64,000 bases of DNA, from assembly GCA_003427395.1 (NCBI GenBank), contig BFEA01000023.1, forward strand, positions 135,882-199,881, given 5' to 3'. Numbering within the stretch: the first letter of the stretch is position 1; every line of letters starts with the position of its first letter. Shown in pieces: positions 10,131 to 24,345 of this stretch. The notes below the pieces were generated by a model, which searched no databases, was not told the DNA's origin, and saw only the letters and a program-made list of their open reading frames with translations. The position numbers were made by a program, and so were the translations under genes. The stretch comes from Chara braunii (taxonomy: Eukaryota; Plantae; Charophyceae).

Positions 10131-12134
10131 GTGGACAGTCCGTCATCACGCATCAACCCACGAAGTCGTCACCCCGCTTAGTCCTCCTGCACCCGTCAGG
10201 TTCGCCCGCGCGCTACAGTCCGTCGTAACCCCATGCGTCAACCCCACGCATTCGGCACCAGCTCACCGGGTCGCCCGACTCCCACTTCAACTCACCTCTT
10301 ACTTCGCTCATGAGCCGACCCTCACTGATCGCGCTACCCCGAGCTTCCAACAGCTGGTTAAGAGAGCTATCTAATCGCACATCCGAATTTATAGCGTGTA
10401 TGCATGCGAGAAGAACACGAAATTGCAAGGACTTAGAAAGGAGATTAGGAGAGGGAGCGCCTACATTCTGCATGCCCAGACTGCGGCGTGGGGGACGTAG
10501 CCACTCTCCACGCGTCGATCCGAGCATGCAGGCCGCGGGGCTAAGGCACCGCAAAAGGGAAAGAGAGAGCGGAAAAGACGAAGCTCAAGAAGAAAGATAC
10601 AGTTACAATTGCGTCCGCCCAAAAATTATAATTACGTGCAAGATTAAGGGCGCCGACTAATCAGAGCTTCGTTGCAACTGCGAAAAGAAGCGCGCGAGAA
10701 AGATAACGCGCGACAAAAGAAATCCCGAATTCCTAAATTCCTAAATTCCTAGCTAATGCAAAAAGATGCACAAATTCTGAAAAGAAAATCCGAAGTTTCG
10801 AGAGTCATCAAAGCTTGACAAGATTCGAAAAAGAAATTCAAAAGGAACGAAGCAAAAATCCCGCGCGACCTCCGCGCCTAAGACCCGACAACAGAACAAG
10901 AAAGAAGCAACGTCAAGCATTATTATTCGCGCCTTTGTCGGCGCGATAGCCACTCAATCGGCCATCTCGGGACTTGCCCGGCCCTGAACCCAACCATCCG
11001 AAAAAAAGCAAAGAAAAGACAAAGAAGCAAGGACACTGATGCAATTTTCCTTCGATCCCGATCTCCCGTAATTGGCCCAACCTTCCCATCTTAGGACCCC
11101 TTGTTGTCATCGCGCAGAAAATCGCGCGGAGCAGAAGTTGGTTCGTCACATGCTGCTCCACGTGTGCGTCGTTGTGCGGGGTCCTGACAGCCGACGGAAA
11201 TGACGAACTGTGAGGAAGACGACGATGGACAGGCGGGAAACCTCCAGTACACAGTCGGCGCTCGCCATTGACTACTCCACTCCGCAGCTCCTCCTTGTAG
11301 TAGCCCTCCACCGCGTCGTCCACCTGCCAGAGATCCTCCCATGTCCCTCCCTTCCTTTTCCTCATCCACCATCTCGGTGTCACCCGTGGGATCACTCTCG
11401 ATGCCATGGCGCAACAGAATTGCACAATGGATTCTGATAATGACACACAATCGGGTGAATCCATCACTTGTTGCATCATTTGTCTCTGCCTGCGAACAGA
11501 TAATCTTCAGGCGAGTTGTCGTTCTCTCGATGCGATAACTCATGGCGACGACTGACACAATTACGACCACTGTGTTTCTCTCCAATGTTGTTAATGCCTT
11601 CGCACCACCTGGGAGCTCTCCCTCGATCGTCAGAACTTGCAATGTGCAAGCGCCCACCACTCGTTCGCCCGTTGGCGCCCTCGCTGCAACTTCTGCACTT
11701 CGAGGGGAACCGCGCTCACGCTCTCCATGTTTCATGAAAGTGTTATGTTCGCGCTCAGTTATGATGGTCCAAAGAGCATGTGGAACACGAAGGTGATGTC
11801 GCAGTAGAGAACCGTTACGCATACACGCTGTGTCGCCCAATGTTCCAATGCCCGCCTTTTTAGCCATGACCGCCATCACTCCTTCGCACAGACGTTTCGC
11901 CCCAGTCTCCAATCCAGCCACCAGGATGCCTCAAACGCGGATGCATCACAACGGAGGGTTTGAGATCCGAAATTTGAACCGGGATGTTAGCGCTTTTTTT
12001 TTTCCCTTCAGCTCGGTAGGCCTCCCTGTCGCCGTCACTGGACCACGACCAAGGACGCACGGACATCCCAACACGATGACGGACATCCACCCCTGCGGCC
12101 ACGTGCATTCGAGACTCATCGAATTAGGACGCGG

Positions 12135-13723
12135 TGTAACGACAACGCCGAAAATCGAAAAGTTTTTCAAGGACTTCATCCTAATTCATGACCGTTTTCC
12201 GAGGGTCTAATGAGGCCCTATCTCATCCTTTCTCTACTCTATGTATAGTACAGGGTAGGTTGGCACCAGAGCAGTGGTGCGAGAGCAAGGCTTGTATCAG
12301 CCCCTCATCACGATGATGCGGGGTGATCAGGCATTGCCAACGGGGGAAATCGAAGATGCTAGTGTCGAGCATCTTTGGTCAGTCACTCGCACATCCCCCT
12401 ACCCCCCTCCGACCCTACATTTTTCAAACGCTCAATTTATTATAAAACCAGACGAGGTCGGGGACCTCACAATTCAACCCAGGGTACTAACAGCATCAGC
12501 CAACTTAGCTTACAGACTCTTGCCTGTGGGACTCATGTCTATCGAGTTCCCAGTTCCTAAAGACCATCCTTATCTCAGTTGAAGTTAAATCGGACTTTGA
12601 AGAAGTTTTGAATGTTCACATGAAGAAGTGTCAAGATATTACCTTCCCAATTATCGGCTACGTTACGCTAGGCTAAACTAAACTAAACTAAATCTATTAC
12701 GGCCCAGAGCAACAAGTCCGAGTCCTACAGACACTCCACTACTGGCCCATTGCGGCCCTACAGAACTGAGCGCCCTGGTTCATAGAGTGGCACTCATCCT
12801 AACTATGCAAGGTCATAGGACCCAGTGTCATGGTCCCTAACCAGAAGCTCTGCTCCCTCTGAAACAAAACTACTAGTTATTTTCCTTCTTTTCTGCCTAA
12901 GTCCAGGATCCATTTTTAAATTACCAGTCCACGGCTCGAGTGTACTGCAGCCAGTCTCTTCCCTCAGGCCCATGTTCAAAGGAACCAATTCATTTGTTTT
13001 TTACTTTCCTTACCTGACCTCGTATTCCACCTCCAATATACTTCGATTGCGTGTTTTGAAGCACTTATGACGTTCAACCTCACGCCCTGTGTTGTCTTCC
13101 GATCGGAGTGATAAAATGTGAGGAGCAGACCCTGGAAAAACAACAAATTACTATGTGCCAAGGATTTCTGGAAAATTTCAGTGTGGTAGTGGGGACACAG
13201 ACAGAACTGAAATCCCCCATGTGGCTCCAGTCTTAGTGAGAAGGGACCATAGCCGCGTAAAAGAATTGGCGGGCTCTGCTTTCGAACTTTCGTTTAATCC
13301 AAAAAGTATCTATGAACTTTAATGTGGGCTACTCGTCGTCGTTTCGAACAGAAAGGCAGGTGCAGCGGGCCTCTATCTGCCCTGGCCTGCAGCCAGGGCC
13401 TATCAGGCCATTTTGCTTGTTTGGCCCGTGGGACCAGGTCGTAGCCTGACCCCACAAGCCGTGCGCTCACTTAGTCCAATCCAGTCCTGCCCGGTACAAC
13501 TGCCGGTACCAGGCCAATGCAATTCAGTCAATCAGTTGGGGGTATACCCCAACTGCAGTCTGTTTTCAACTCATTCTTCAAGTTCATTTTGCACACTTTG
13601 GAATATGTGCGTGTTGAGTATGTGTTGGAGTTGCGCTGTCCCTTTCAACTCAATCTCCATCTCCTTTATCCTCATCCTTTCGTCTTGATCCTGACGGACC
13701 GCCATCCCGGCGGGTCCGTCACA
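12135..13723 (+). repeat. Candidate 3' LTR of element 1
   Basis: Starts TGTAACG and ends CGTCACA (TG..CA with a short inverted repeat). No partner LTR in the window and only a weak purine tract upstream. Confidence 0.4.
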
Positions 13724-13734
13724 CACTGAAATCC

Positions 13735-16700
13735 CCCGTCAGGTATCGGAGTGATATAATGTGCGAACCAGGCCTTGGAAAAACAACAAATTGAGGAGTG
13801 CCAAGGATTTTTGGGAAAATTCAATGTGGGGACACAAACAAAACTGAAATCCCCCGCGTGGTTCCAGTTTTAGTGACAAGGGACCATAGCCGCGCAAACG
13901 AATTGGCGGACTCTACTTTCGAATTTTCGTTTAATCCAAAAAGTATCTCTAAACTTTCACGCGGGCTACTCGTCATCTTTTCGAACGGAAAGGTGGAGTA
14001 CGTACGTGGGATCTCGTTTTCAAATTAAATTCCGGCGGTGCTCGTTACAGAGTTCGGAATCTGACATAGATGGTATCGGTCGGGTCTCTTTTTCCTTGTA
14101 TTTGTCCTCGCCATATGTTCGGTAGTGGGACCCATTTTCCTGATAACGCTTGGTGTAGTGACAATTGCTACACAGAGTGTTGGGCCAAATGAGACGCCAC
14201 TGTCGCCCACGAGATGACAATGAGTTCGCTAAAAGGTAATAATAAAGAGTACGGGGAAAAGTGGGTATCGATAATAACAAAACCAACGCCTACGAATCCC
14301 GAGCACTTTGTTTCGGGAGGAAAGTAATAGCATTCGTCGATCTTGGCGACGACTTCTTCTACGTTTCACTCACATACACGTGTTTTTTCCTCATTATACG
14401 GGAACGAACGTAATGGGGGTACATGAAATCGAAACCCTGTCGGATTCGGACAATCAGTCTACATGGCATAAGCAAACTGACCACATAAATCCACTCAAAC
14501 CGTTATCTCATCAAAGAAGTAAACAAGCACAACACTACGCGCCCATCACCTTTCATTAATCATGCAAATCAATCTAAAAATGTGAGTTTATTCCAAGCAG
14601 GGAGACAATCATCATTTATAGAGTGAGTCAAGAGCATCCATCAACATAATTTTAGCTTAGTCTAATTACCTTGACGTTAGTTCAATCGATGCATATATGT
14701 AACAAATCTCGCATATACGAATCCTTCACTATCAAGAGACACACACAAAAAAAATGGTAAGATCACTCGGGGCTACAAGTCCCTTAAATTCAACAATAAT
14801 CAGTCATGGAAGATCAGATTAATTCAATAAGGATGAGAAAGACTGGGGGATCATCAGATCATTCTGGCATCCATGAGGTGAATAGATGCAAAGGAATGAT
14901 AAAGAGGGAGAGAGAGAGAGATGAGGACGGAATTGTAGCTTGACCGAAGAAGGAGACTGAGAAAAGACAGGGAACTTTGGTCACACAAACAAGCTTGAGG
15001 GGAAACAATTGGCGATCCGCCGTGGACTTAGCTTCCAAGGAAAGGAAAAGGAAAAGAAAATCAAGGCATGCCGACTTTCTACTTTTTGATTATGGCCCAT
15101 GGCCATGCAACCACTCGTATACACACACCCTTCTTACTCAGGTATTGACGATCCCATCCACCACGTACCAACCTCCATAACACAACGATCTTCACCCCGC
15201 CAACTGAGCTTTGCACCATCCGGCCCAGATCCCGCAGTTTGTCGCGGTCACCCGAAGCATAACCTTGCATACACTGTAGTCAGCTCGTCAGGACTTTCCA
15301 ACCCGCTGTCATACACATCACCTAGCCACGACTTCCCGGAAGATGGCAAATGGGTTGAGAGAGCTTTTCAGACGCGCTTGCAAGTCTTATAGTTGCGAGG
15401 TGGGAAACATAAGATATGGAAGAGGGGTGGAGATAGAAAGGGGCGAAGAGGGAGTACAAATTAGTTGTCCGTAGAAAGTCATATCGATCCTCACAAGTTC
15501 CTTCGCAACCAATCAGATCACGGTGTGCGAGGAATATCCTCCTTACACGCTGCCGTCTGGGGCGTTGAAACACTCTGAGGAAGGAAACCGGTACAGAGTT
15601 CTTGAACGGGGATGAAGGTGGGAAGAAGAAGAGCGTGGTGAGTAGTGTAACGCGGGACCAAGATCGTATGAGAGGGGGGGGGGGGGCATAAGGAGAAGTG
15701 TGAAGCGGGAAAGGGGATGGAAAGCAGTTATGGGTGAAGGAGAGAAGGCTCGAAGAGGAAAAGGGTGAAGATGGCATATGTCATAGCGGGAAGTGAGGGA
15801 AGCTTGCATGCATGGCGCCGACGCAGAAAAGAAAAAGGCATTGAAATAGTTAAGTTCTACCTATCCAAAAGCATATCGACGCGTAGAATCGAGCGCACGA
15901 AAATCCTACTTTCCTATTGAAAATTCACAGAGTTTTCAAAGGAAAATGTTGAAACATCCACTTGCAAGAAAGGACACGTCAGCGGGAAGTGTGCCCGTAA
16001 TTTACGGAGTTCCCAACTACCGAACAAAATTTATAGCGTGCTCGCTAAGACGCACGTAATTCCTACTACATAGATGCATGGATTGCCAAAGACGCCCGAA
16101 AGAAAAGAAAAACAACATCTTAACCATGAGAAGGCCTTGCCGGCCTTTGATCCTTGTATCAAGGTGATAGCAAAAAAAAAAGGGCTACCCCCAAAAGCTA
16201 AAAAAAAACTAAGTGAGAACTCAAGGCTTCAAAAGGTCGTGCAAATACAAAAGTTGGTATGCCACATATGTGACGTTCAGGGGGTTCCAAAATTATGATA
16301 TTTCTTGATTGCAAGAGTGAAACACAAAAAGGATTAGAGTTCATAATTTCAAGAGAGGATGAGGAACCTAGCGTAGCAACTAGCAGAGAAAAAACACATC
16401 TCATCATAGCGGCATTGCTCATAAGAGAAAAGCTCATGGCGACGTGGACTTCAATTGTCATATTCTCGCGAGGCTTTGATGGTCACGTCTCGTCAATAAT
16501 CTTTCACCCTCACTAAGAAGATTCGGACCTTGAATGCTTGGTTATCTTCCGAGTGGCATCATTAAGATCTGAATCAACCTCACGTGCTAACACTGGCTCA
16601 CTGGTGTTCTGCTCGATCTTATGCAACTCGGAGTGGGGAGAGAGGGTGTTGAGGCCATTGCCATAGTAGTGGGGGGAAATAATCAGAGGCTTCGTTACCG

Positions 16701-19700
16701 AGATCGACAAAATGGATAATTCAGTGAACGAGGGGGAATCGATGATTGGTTCAGGGAAGAGAAGCGAGGTATTCAGCATAGAGGGTGGGGATCGTGTGCA
16801 GGGTATTATTGCGTAGGGGCTCGTAATCTTCCACAACGGGAAAGGTCCCGAAAATAATGCAATACAACTCCATATGGGTGTACTGCCTCCATGCAACAAT
16901 GAAAATAAGAATATTGAAAGGAAAGGAGGGAGCGGCATAGGGGTGGACTTCACAGTGTAAGCGGACAACACAATAGCGATAGAAGAGCTGGCGATAGTCG
17001 TGGGGGAATTTCACGTGGGGGAAGAGAGAAGGAAAGGTAATGAAGAGGGCGGAGGAAGATGGGACGTGGCACGGTACGGAGCGCCCGGGCGGGAAGAAGG
17101 ACGGGGACGAAACGCCGAGGGGGTGAAAAAAGAGAGAGATGGTGAGCGAGACCGGCGGCGGTGGCGGGAGGATTCCGCACCATCGTGGCGACTAACCTCT
17201 TCTTCAGGTAATTCCAGATTCCGCATGGAATCCGCTGGTACGGTTAGTCGCGAGCTTGTTCACAACACTACTTCGTGTTCTTCTGATGATGGATGACTCT
17301 CCTCGTCCTCACTTCCTTCGTTTTCCGCTTCTTCTTCTTCGTTGTCTTCTTCAGTCATCAACTCGACTTCAACTTCCTCCTCTTCTTCCTCTGCTTGCTG
17401 GTCGGGGAGAGCTATCGACTTGGGATCGTCGTCGGATGGCACTTCCCCATTGTCTTTGTTAGCTGCCCAAAAATCTCCCAGATCAAAGTTGTCAAGGGAG
17501 ATTTCGTCCAGGTCGAGATAATTTCACTCGGCTGGGTCATGTTGAACCTGGAAGTGTCCGACGTCCTCCGTGCAACTAGTCTAGATGATCGTCGGTGTTA
17601 GTGTCCGCTCCAAGGTTGCTGGTCCATCTGGTTTGGATCACTAGGATTGAAGGAGATGATGCTTAGAGGCACGTCGTCGACGATCTGTGCCAAGAAGACC
17701 AAGATTTCGTTGGCCACGGTCGCTCTTCCTCGTGGTGCCACCTCATCAAAAAGGAGTCTCACAAAAAGTCCACTTGTATGTGATGGGCCAAAAGCAGAGT
17801 AATTCCGTCCGCGAAGACTACTTTCCGATTTTCGTAATAACGCGCCCAATGCGCCTTCACTGAGAGCAGACAGAAGCTTGTGGCTACAAATCCTATCCAA
17901 TCGAGAATATACTCAGGACGAAAAAGGGGGATTGATGTGCGATGGATTTCAAAAGAGAGTAGAGGATCGGCCCGAGATGGCCAGAGAGTTGAAGGATTAA
18001 AAGGGAGAGAGAAAGTAGAGAAGTAATTCATCCGTGAGGAGGGTGGAAGGGACGAAGAGCAAGAAGCAGTGGGGCCGTAAAATCCGATGTACTGAATCAC
18101 AGCAAAAATGTGTCGATACACTTTGTGCCCACCACCTGCTCGCCTGGTCTGGCCAGATGCGGCCGCCAATCCGCCACGGGTTCACACCCCCACCCGTACA
18201 GTCTCTCCACTGTTTCACTCCGCCGAGCGATGTCGATACCGCAATAATCGCCACTGAATACGACTATCACGGTTACGTCACTTCACCCTGACTGAGAGTA
18301 ATGTAAAAATGTTGATGCCTCCACCAAGATCACCGCAGAACCATGATCCGTCGAGATCGTCCCCTCCGCCGCTGAGTACCTAGCTTGTCGGTTGAATAAC
18401 TATGCGAATCGCAGTAGATCGGGGTTGAGCCGCAGATGAACTACTTGGCGAAACTGCAGGGACGCTCGAGATATAAGAAGTCGAGTAGAGATGGCCGACT
18501 CAAGTGCAAAACCCATGGCGATGCCTAGGAGCAAGGGTATCAGAAGAGGAAGAGGAAGGAAGAGAAAAATCTTTGTCTCTACTAGAGAGAGAGGAGGAAG
18601 AAGGAGCGAGAGGATCAGGGGAAGAAAGGGGACGAAGGTAAGAGATATGATGGACGGAAGAGAGTTATGACTTGCACCGTTTCCAAGTCATGCACATCGT
18701 ATCAACCCCATCGGGACCAAGTTCCACTACGCAAAAACAACCAGAAAACTTGGGAGCGAGTTTCCAGTTGCGTGCACATTTATGGGTTTTTTTTTTTTTT
18801 TTTTTTTTTTTTTTGACAATGCTTCAATTTATTCGTGGGGAGCCACACGTGCTGGGAACCGAGCCCAACATCCCATATGAAACATGAAACATAATTGAAA
18901 ACATATACAGAAAAACGAGACTTTTATCCGTTTTTGCCTAAGAATAGGATCATGAGCAATTACTAGCCTATTGGATGAAGAACCCCACGAAATAGGCTAA
19001 AATTCAGAGAAAGTATGAAAAAATATGAAAAAATATGAGAAGTTTTTTTCTAAATTGCAAGAAAGGACTATAAAAACCTCTTTTTTTTTAAGATACCGGG
19101 GTCATTACCCGACTTTGGCTAAGAACATTATGAACTATTTAGAAAATTACTACGACAATCTTCAGAGAAAAAAACTGACATTTCGTTAAAACTAACATTT
19201 TTTTCTAAATTCACGAAATTGAGCGTACAAAAAAACAACATTTTTTTTGGTTTTTTTTGTCCCCATGATGTCGGATGATCAGATCATTGGATGTCGTGGC
19301 GACTCCCAGTGATCTGACCATTGGATGTATGTTAACGGTACTTTATGTTGAGGTACATCAGATGGACAAAGTGAGATAACCACTTTCTCACCCAACGAGC
19401 AATGAAATTTTGACGAAGTCCATTTTCGTAAATTTAGAAAAAAAAATGTCAGTTTTGACGAAATGGCAGTTAAAAAGGGGCTACTAACAACAAAAATTGC
19501 TACCACAAAGGTCCTACAAATGTTCAAAACCCTCGGAATCCCTTCTAAGAATCTCCAACATTGTCTTACTCCCTGCCGAGCTCTTCCAGGCGTCACACCC
19601 CCACCTTGTTGGGTTACAGGGCAACACAACTCGCCCTAGGTCGTAGTTGCACGAGGTCCCCTAATTTATATCGAATTTGAGGGTCCGCATTCTCATTATG

Positions 19701-21530
19701 GGCCTCATAACTGCAGACCTGTCTACCGTAGGCCAACTCGATCATCCTTGTTTTTTTATGGGTCAATCTAGGGACTGTCTTTTCCATTAATTTAGCGTAC
19801 CTTTTGGCCTTGGCCTTAAGGGACGTCCGTGTGTCCTTTCCCCATGGCTCGACATTTTCCGAGACATCCTGGTTGATGACATAGGGAATACTATTGGTCC
19901 GTAGTTGGAAGGGGGTGAATCCTGTCGATTCATGAGGGGTGGCGGGATGAATTCCAATGATCTGGTACACAATCTTGGGCTAGGGTCGTGTGTCATTAGC
20001 CGCTAGATTCTGTCGTAGGGCGTTTTTTATCATGCGATTTGCATTTTTCACAAGTCCATTGGACTGGGAGACATGCGGGGCAGTATGTCGGAGGGTGACG
20101 CCTCTACGTGTCAACAGTTCCTCTACTTCAACCTTAAACTCAGACCCATTATCGGTTAAAATCTCTTTTGTATCTAGATGGATGTTGAGGAATCGGTCGA
20201 TGTAGGTAGCTATTCCTGAGGCCTTGTGCCTCTTGCACGAATAAATTTCTATTATTGATACCCTACATTATGATATATATATCATATATCATACATTGTT
20301 GTATTTTGAAAAACGATCATTTAAAACCAGTAAAATCGAATATTCGGAACGGTTAGGGTCAGGTGGCACGTCAATAACTGTAGTATCTATGTTGGCACGC
20401 TGAAAAAGACACTCTACCTCTGTCGGAACTATTGTGTTTGAACCACGATTCGGTGCCTGATCGACGACACAGACTAGACAATTATCGACCACGTGCCTAA
20501 CTCCTCGCAAATATTTGAGCAGAATCATTCGATTGATAGCTCCTTCCGTAACACGTATCACAAAGTGAGCAGCCTGTTCCTTGTGAGCGAATCGGGTCCA
20601 ATCGTACTCTTGGAACGGGTGTGGAACCGTCAACCATAATTCTGGTCCGTCTATTTTACGCTTTTCTAGATGACAGTTGATCCATCGATAGTCCCGAGAT
20701 CTCTCGGTTGCCCGTCAACCATAATTATGATCCGTCTGTTTTACGCTTCTCTAGATGACAGTTGATCCATCGGTAGTCCCGAGATCTCTCGGTTGCCCGA
20801 CGTCTATGATGCTTTGTATCGCCCTCTAGTGACTTATCAACTAACTTTGTCAGTAGGATTTTATCCGTCCAGACTTCCGCTCGTCGGAACTTCTTATCGT
20901 ATTCAAGTCCGTCAGCCCTGACGGCTTTAAATAGAGCTTACGTAAGAAGCTTATCTGTACGACACAGAGGACACTTCCAAACCTTGCTAACCGTTCGATA
21001 TCGAACGGATGCGCCATGCTCGCGATTGACACACTTGGCACAATCTACCCAATTAATAAATCCCGGGTCATGTGGGTAAAAATCCACTATGTAGACTCGT
21101 GAAATGCATGTGGAAAAATAACAGAACTTATCTGGAAGATCTGAGAAGAATGAAGGATCAACGAGCTGAGTAGGAGTAGAAAGATTGGGGAGAGAGGGGA
21201 GAGCATCCACCGTGTTTGAGTGAAGATTCAAACCTTCTGGAGGATTTCCACTTCTTCGTACTTGTGCTCGCTCTTTGATTTTGGATCGTTCCACGGGGTC
21301 ACTCTTCACTTGTAGGGACTCCGTCGGGCCGATGCATACGTGTCAGCCCGTCAGCGTTTCCGTGTCGTTCGTGCTTCATGTGGCGAATGGCAAATTTCAT
21401 GCTCTGCAACATGGTAGCCCATGGTTCCATCATACCCGAGTAATCCTTCAACTTCTTCGATTTATTTTTTTTACGAGAAGGTGATGGAAGCCATGACGGA
21501 CATCAAACTTGCTGAAAAAGCACTCACATC
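13735..21530 (-). mobile_element. Ty3/gypsy-type element 2, older diverged relative of element 1, internally deleted
   Basis: Colinear homologs on -: RT scrap FFSKFDVRHGFHH (~21460-21530), RNaseH end, PHD, integrase, ORFs A/B/C (18516-~16650), ORF E. An AT-rich unrelated insert lies at ~18790-19620. Confidence 0.85.
19640..21130 (-). pseudogene. PHD-integrase of element 2 (multiple disablements)
   Basis: KFCYFSTC..WVDCAKCVNREH..WKCPLC; TVPHPFQ..AHKEQAAHF..NCLVC; HPATPHESTGFTPFQL; YKLGDLVQLR. Confidence 0.9.
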
Positions 21531-21536
21531 CAATTT

Positions 21537-21853
21537 CTTTAGAAAAATGCCCCTGAAAGATGTGGGTAGAGCGAAATGCCTTTTTGGGCCGAAATGTTTG
21601 TGTTGTGCCCCTGTCAGGTGGGTGTGTAATTTTGCAATCTGGACCTTCCGGTTTGGGCCCTGGCCTTTCGCAGTAGCACCTAGGAGAAGCTGGCAAGTAC
21701 TGGGCCATTTTGCAAAGTTGGACGGTACCCAGTAAGGGTATATTGCAAAGAGGGGGCTCCAACTGACCGCAGGGGTATTTCACAATTTATTTTTTTGTCA
21801 GAGGGGCATTCCGCTCTACCCACATCTTTTAGGGGCATTTTGGCGTATATCTC
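21537..21853. mobile_element. Fold-back MITE with long imperfect TIRs (Mutator-like)
   Basis: AAAATGCCCCTGAAAGATGTGGGTAGAGCG at the left is the near reverse complement of CGCTCTACCCACATCTTTTAGGGGCATTTT at the right; arms extend ~100 bp. It truncates the element 2 RT. Confidence 0.6.
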
Positions 21854-22974
21854 AAGTTCTGGGGGTATTTTGCAAATGTTTCCTAAAATAAAATTCCCAA
21901 AGAAATAAAAGAAGTGATAAATCAATAATGACGTAATAAATACCTTGTCATAACACAATTACCGGGCAAGGTGTGAATAACGGCAGCAGCAGAAAAGGAA
22001 AGCGGGCTGACCGGAGGCGGGGGGAAGCGATTGCTTCGTTCCTTTTCGAGGTTGCTCATTCACTCGTAGGACAGCAATGATAGGAGAGCATAGTTACTGT
22101 GAACAACAACAACAACAACAACAATAGTATACCCACACTGCTACTACCGTAGTAGTAGTAGTAGGACTCTCGTAAATGTAACTGACTGCCATTACGGCCC
22201 GAGGTGGATGAATATGACGGCAATGATGTCCAGACCTTAGGAGAAAAAGTAGTCCTAAGAAAAAAAAAAAAAAAAAGAGTTAGTCCTAGGTAATGCGACC
22301 TCGCGGTATTACGACAGGTCACGGCGGGCGTCGGCGCCACGCCAAGGCCAAGTAAGGCCCTCGTGGCACTACTCGCCATTCTCCAACATTTTGATTGCAT
22401 GTAGACATCATTTTGGGCCAGATGCCCTTCGAAATCTTGGCGGATGGCGAGTAGAACAACGCGGGAAAATGTTTCGCGAAGGACAAAAGGACAGCTGAGC
22501 GCCAAGAAGAATTCACCCTTCGGCGGGCGCCAAGGAGAAAAGAATTCACCCTGCGGCGGGAAGTTACGTGTTTTTCGTTTCCTCGACATTTTGCGAGTCG
22601 TCCTTGAATGCGAAGAGCCGGCGTGAAGTTACAAGCGGCCTCACAGCGACCGAAAATTTGGGCGCCATAATTGTGGCACAACAAGTAGTATACATATATA
22701 TATCATTTGTAGAATTAGTACCTGTAGTCCAGCACAGAATCAGATTTTGCGATTCCACGGTATGTAGTAGGGTAGTAGAAGAGCAGCGGAGCGATGTGGA
22801 GCTGTAACCTTTGCTTGTGGTTTTGAACTTTGAACCCCAGCAGCAGTGTCATTCAGTTCATCAGTGTGAAGGCGAGTGTGTGGAAAGGTAAGATCGATCG
22901 GTCGCTCGCTTGCTACCGGTAGCTAGCCTGCTTGCTTGCTCGCTCGCATGCAATATTTGAAGGCCGCCGCGAAG

Positions 22975-23163
22975 ATGAAAGGCGTGCCATCGATATGGCA
23001 GCAAGTGGGAGTCGTGGCGACTTTCTCAGCTTTGACTTTCTGGTATGGATTTATGACAGGCAAGGAAGTAGCTAGGAGGGAATTAGACGTGCACGTAAAT
23101 CAGCTCAAAGATGCAGTTCTAGAGCTGCAGCAGAAAGTGAAGAGTGCTCAGAATGAGACGTAG
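22975..23163 (+). CDS. Small single-pass membrane protein with C-terminal coiled coil (62 aa)
   Basis: MKGVPSIWQQVGVVATFSALTFWYGFMTGKEVARRELDVHVNQLKDAVLELQQKVK has a hydrophobic helix then a heptad pattern. Two plausible GT-AG 5'UTR introns (~22760-22840, ~22888-22962). Alternative ATG at 22948. Confidence 0.7.
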   Translation: MKGVPSIWQQVGVVATFSALTFWYGFMTGKEVARRELDVHVNQLKDAVLELQQKVKSAQNET

Positions 23164-23573
23164 CTAGCTGGTTGTCTTTCTACCCCTTGATGTTCAAAAT
23201 TTGTCGAGTTTTTTATACTATCGTCTTTGAAATTTGTCGAATTTGTTACGTATATGTATATATATATCGTTTATATATAGTTATATAGCCTCCTGATGTT
23301 TGTCGGAGTTCGGTGAAACTCCGACAAAACAGTTTGCCACACAGCCCCTCGTTTGTTGTCCTCTCCTCCCTCCCTCTCTGCCTCTACGGCTTACCGGGCA
23401 GTTCTGTATACTCGTTTTGTAATTGCAAGGTGTTGATGTGGCTCCTTCTGGGGGCAGCAGGCTTCCTAGCTGCTCCTCCGTTGTAAGTGCATGGAGTTGT
23501 GGAATTCTTTGAATCAATAGCACGAAGTGATTGGCCTGTCTTACACGCTGCTGGGAGAGTCAGATGAGAGTTT

Positions 23574-23607
<34 letters not shown>

Positions 23608-24345
23608 AAAGAGAGAATTCTAGTGAGTGGGGGAAAAAGAGTAAGGGTTTTATTGTTTGATGACTAGAGGAGGTGATGGTTGTTCGTGTTCTTCTTGTTT
23701 TCGTGTGTTTATGTATTAGGGCAGAGGATTGAAATATCATTTGCCTGAATGTATGTGATCCATTGAATTACCATTTTCCTGGATGTATATGATACAGAAA
23801 CATGGCCAGATTAGATTCGAAAAGGCCCGAGTGTCGAGTATGCCTTCAGTTCTTTCGGATCAGTGGAACAAGTGGGAAAGTGGTAATGATCTTGTTGATA
23901 TGATGATTGAGGCGGAGGCGGAGCGCTGAAGAATGTGGGAGCGGGATCTGTATTCTTCTTTAGGGGGGCACCCACAACACTAGGATCTTCCTGGATGAAT
24001 GTGACATGTGACCCCAATGACAGCGAGACCTGAATGTATGTGACCGCAATTACGTCCGGAGTGCAGTCGAAAAAGTCCTGGTGCTGAAGAGGATGAGAGT
24101 GGGATGCGTATATGCTTATTTAGGGCTTACTCACAACACTAGGATCTTCCTGGATGAATGTCACCGCAATGACAGCCAGACCTGAATGTAAAAAACGTGG
24201 TGCGAGTATTCTCCTTAGTGCGAAAGGAAGGAAGAGGAAGGGATGAAAAAGGTCTCCGCCAGTAAAAACAAGGAGTGTTAGAGAGCTGGCGCGAAGGCAA
24301 ACATACTTAGGAGGGCATAGACACGCTGGGCGCTTTCGCCGACGT

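Larger units (their letters stand above)
1..13723 (+). mobile_element. Ty3/gypsy-type LTR retrotransposon, element 1 (5' part outside window; decayed; very long multi-ORF 3' region)
   Basis: Domain order RT-RNaseH-integrase, followed by accessory ORFs shared with element 2. The right boundary rests on the candidate LTR (12135-13723) and is tentative. Confidence 0.8.

Noticed and set aside
9778-10374. ORFs spanning (CT)n, poly-T or N gaps (also ~6941-7321, ~29810-30702, ~51479-52200)
   Set aside because: Artefacts of microsatellites and assembly gaps.
22056-22589. 177-codon minus-strand ORF
   Set aside because: It includes simple-repeat-encoded tracts in the likely promoter of the small gene; no homology signal.
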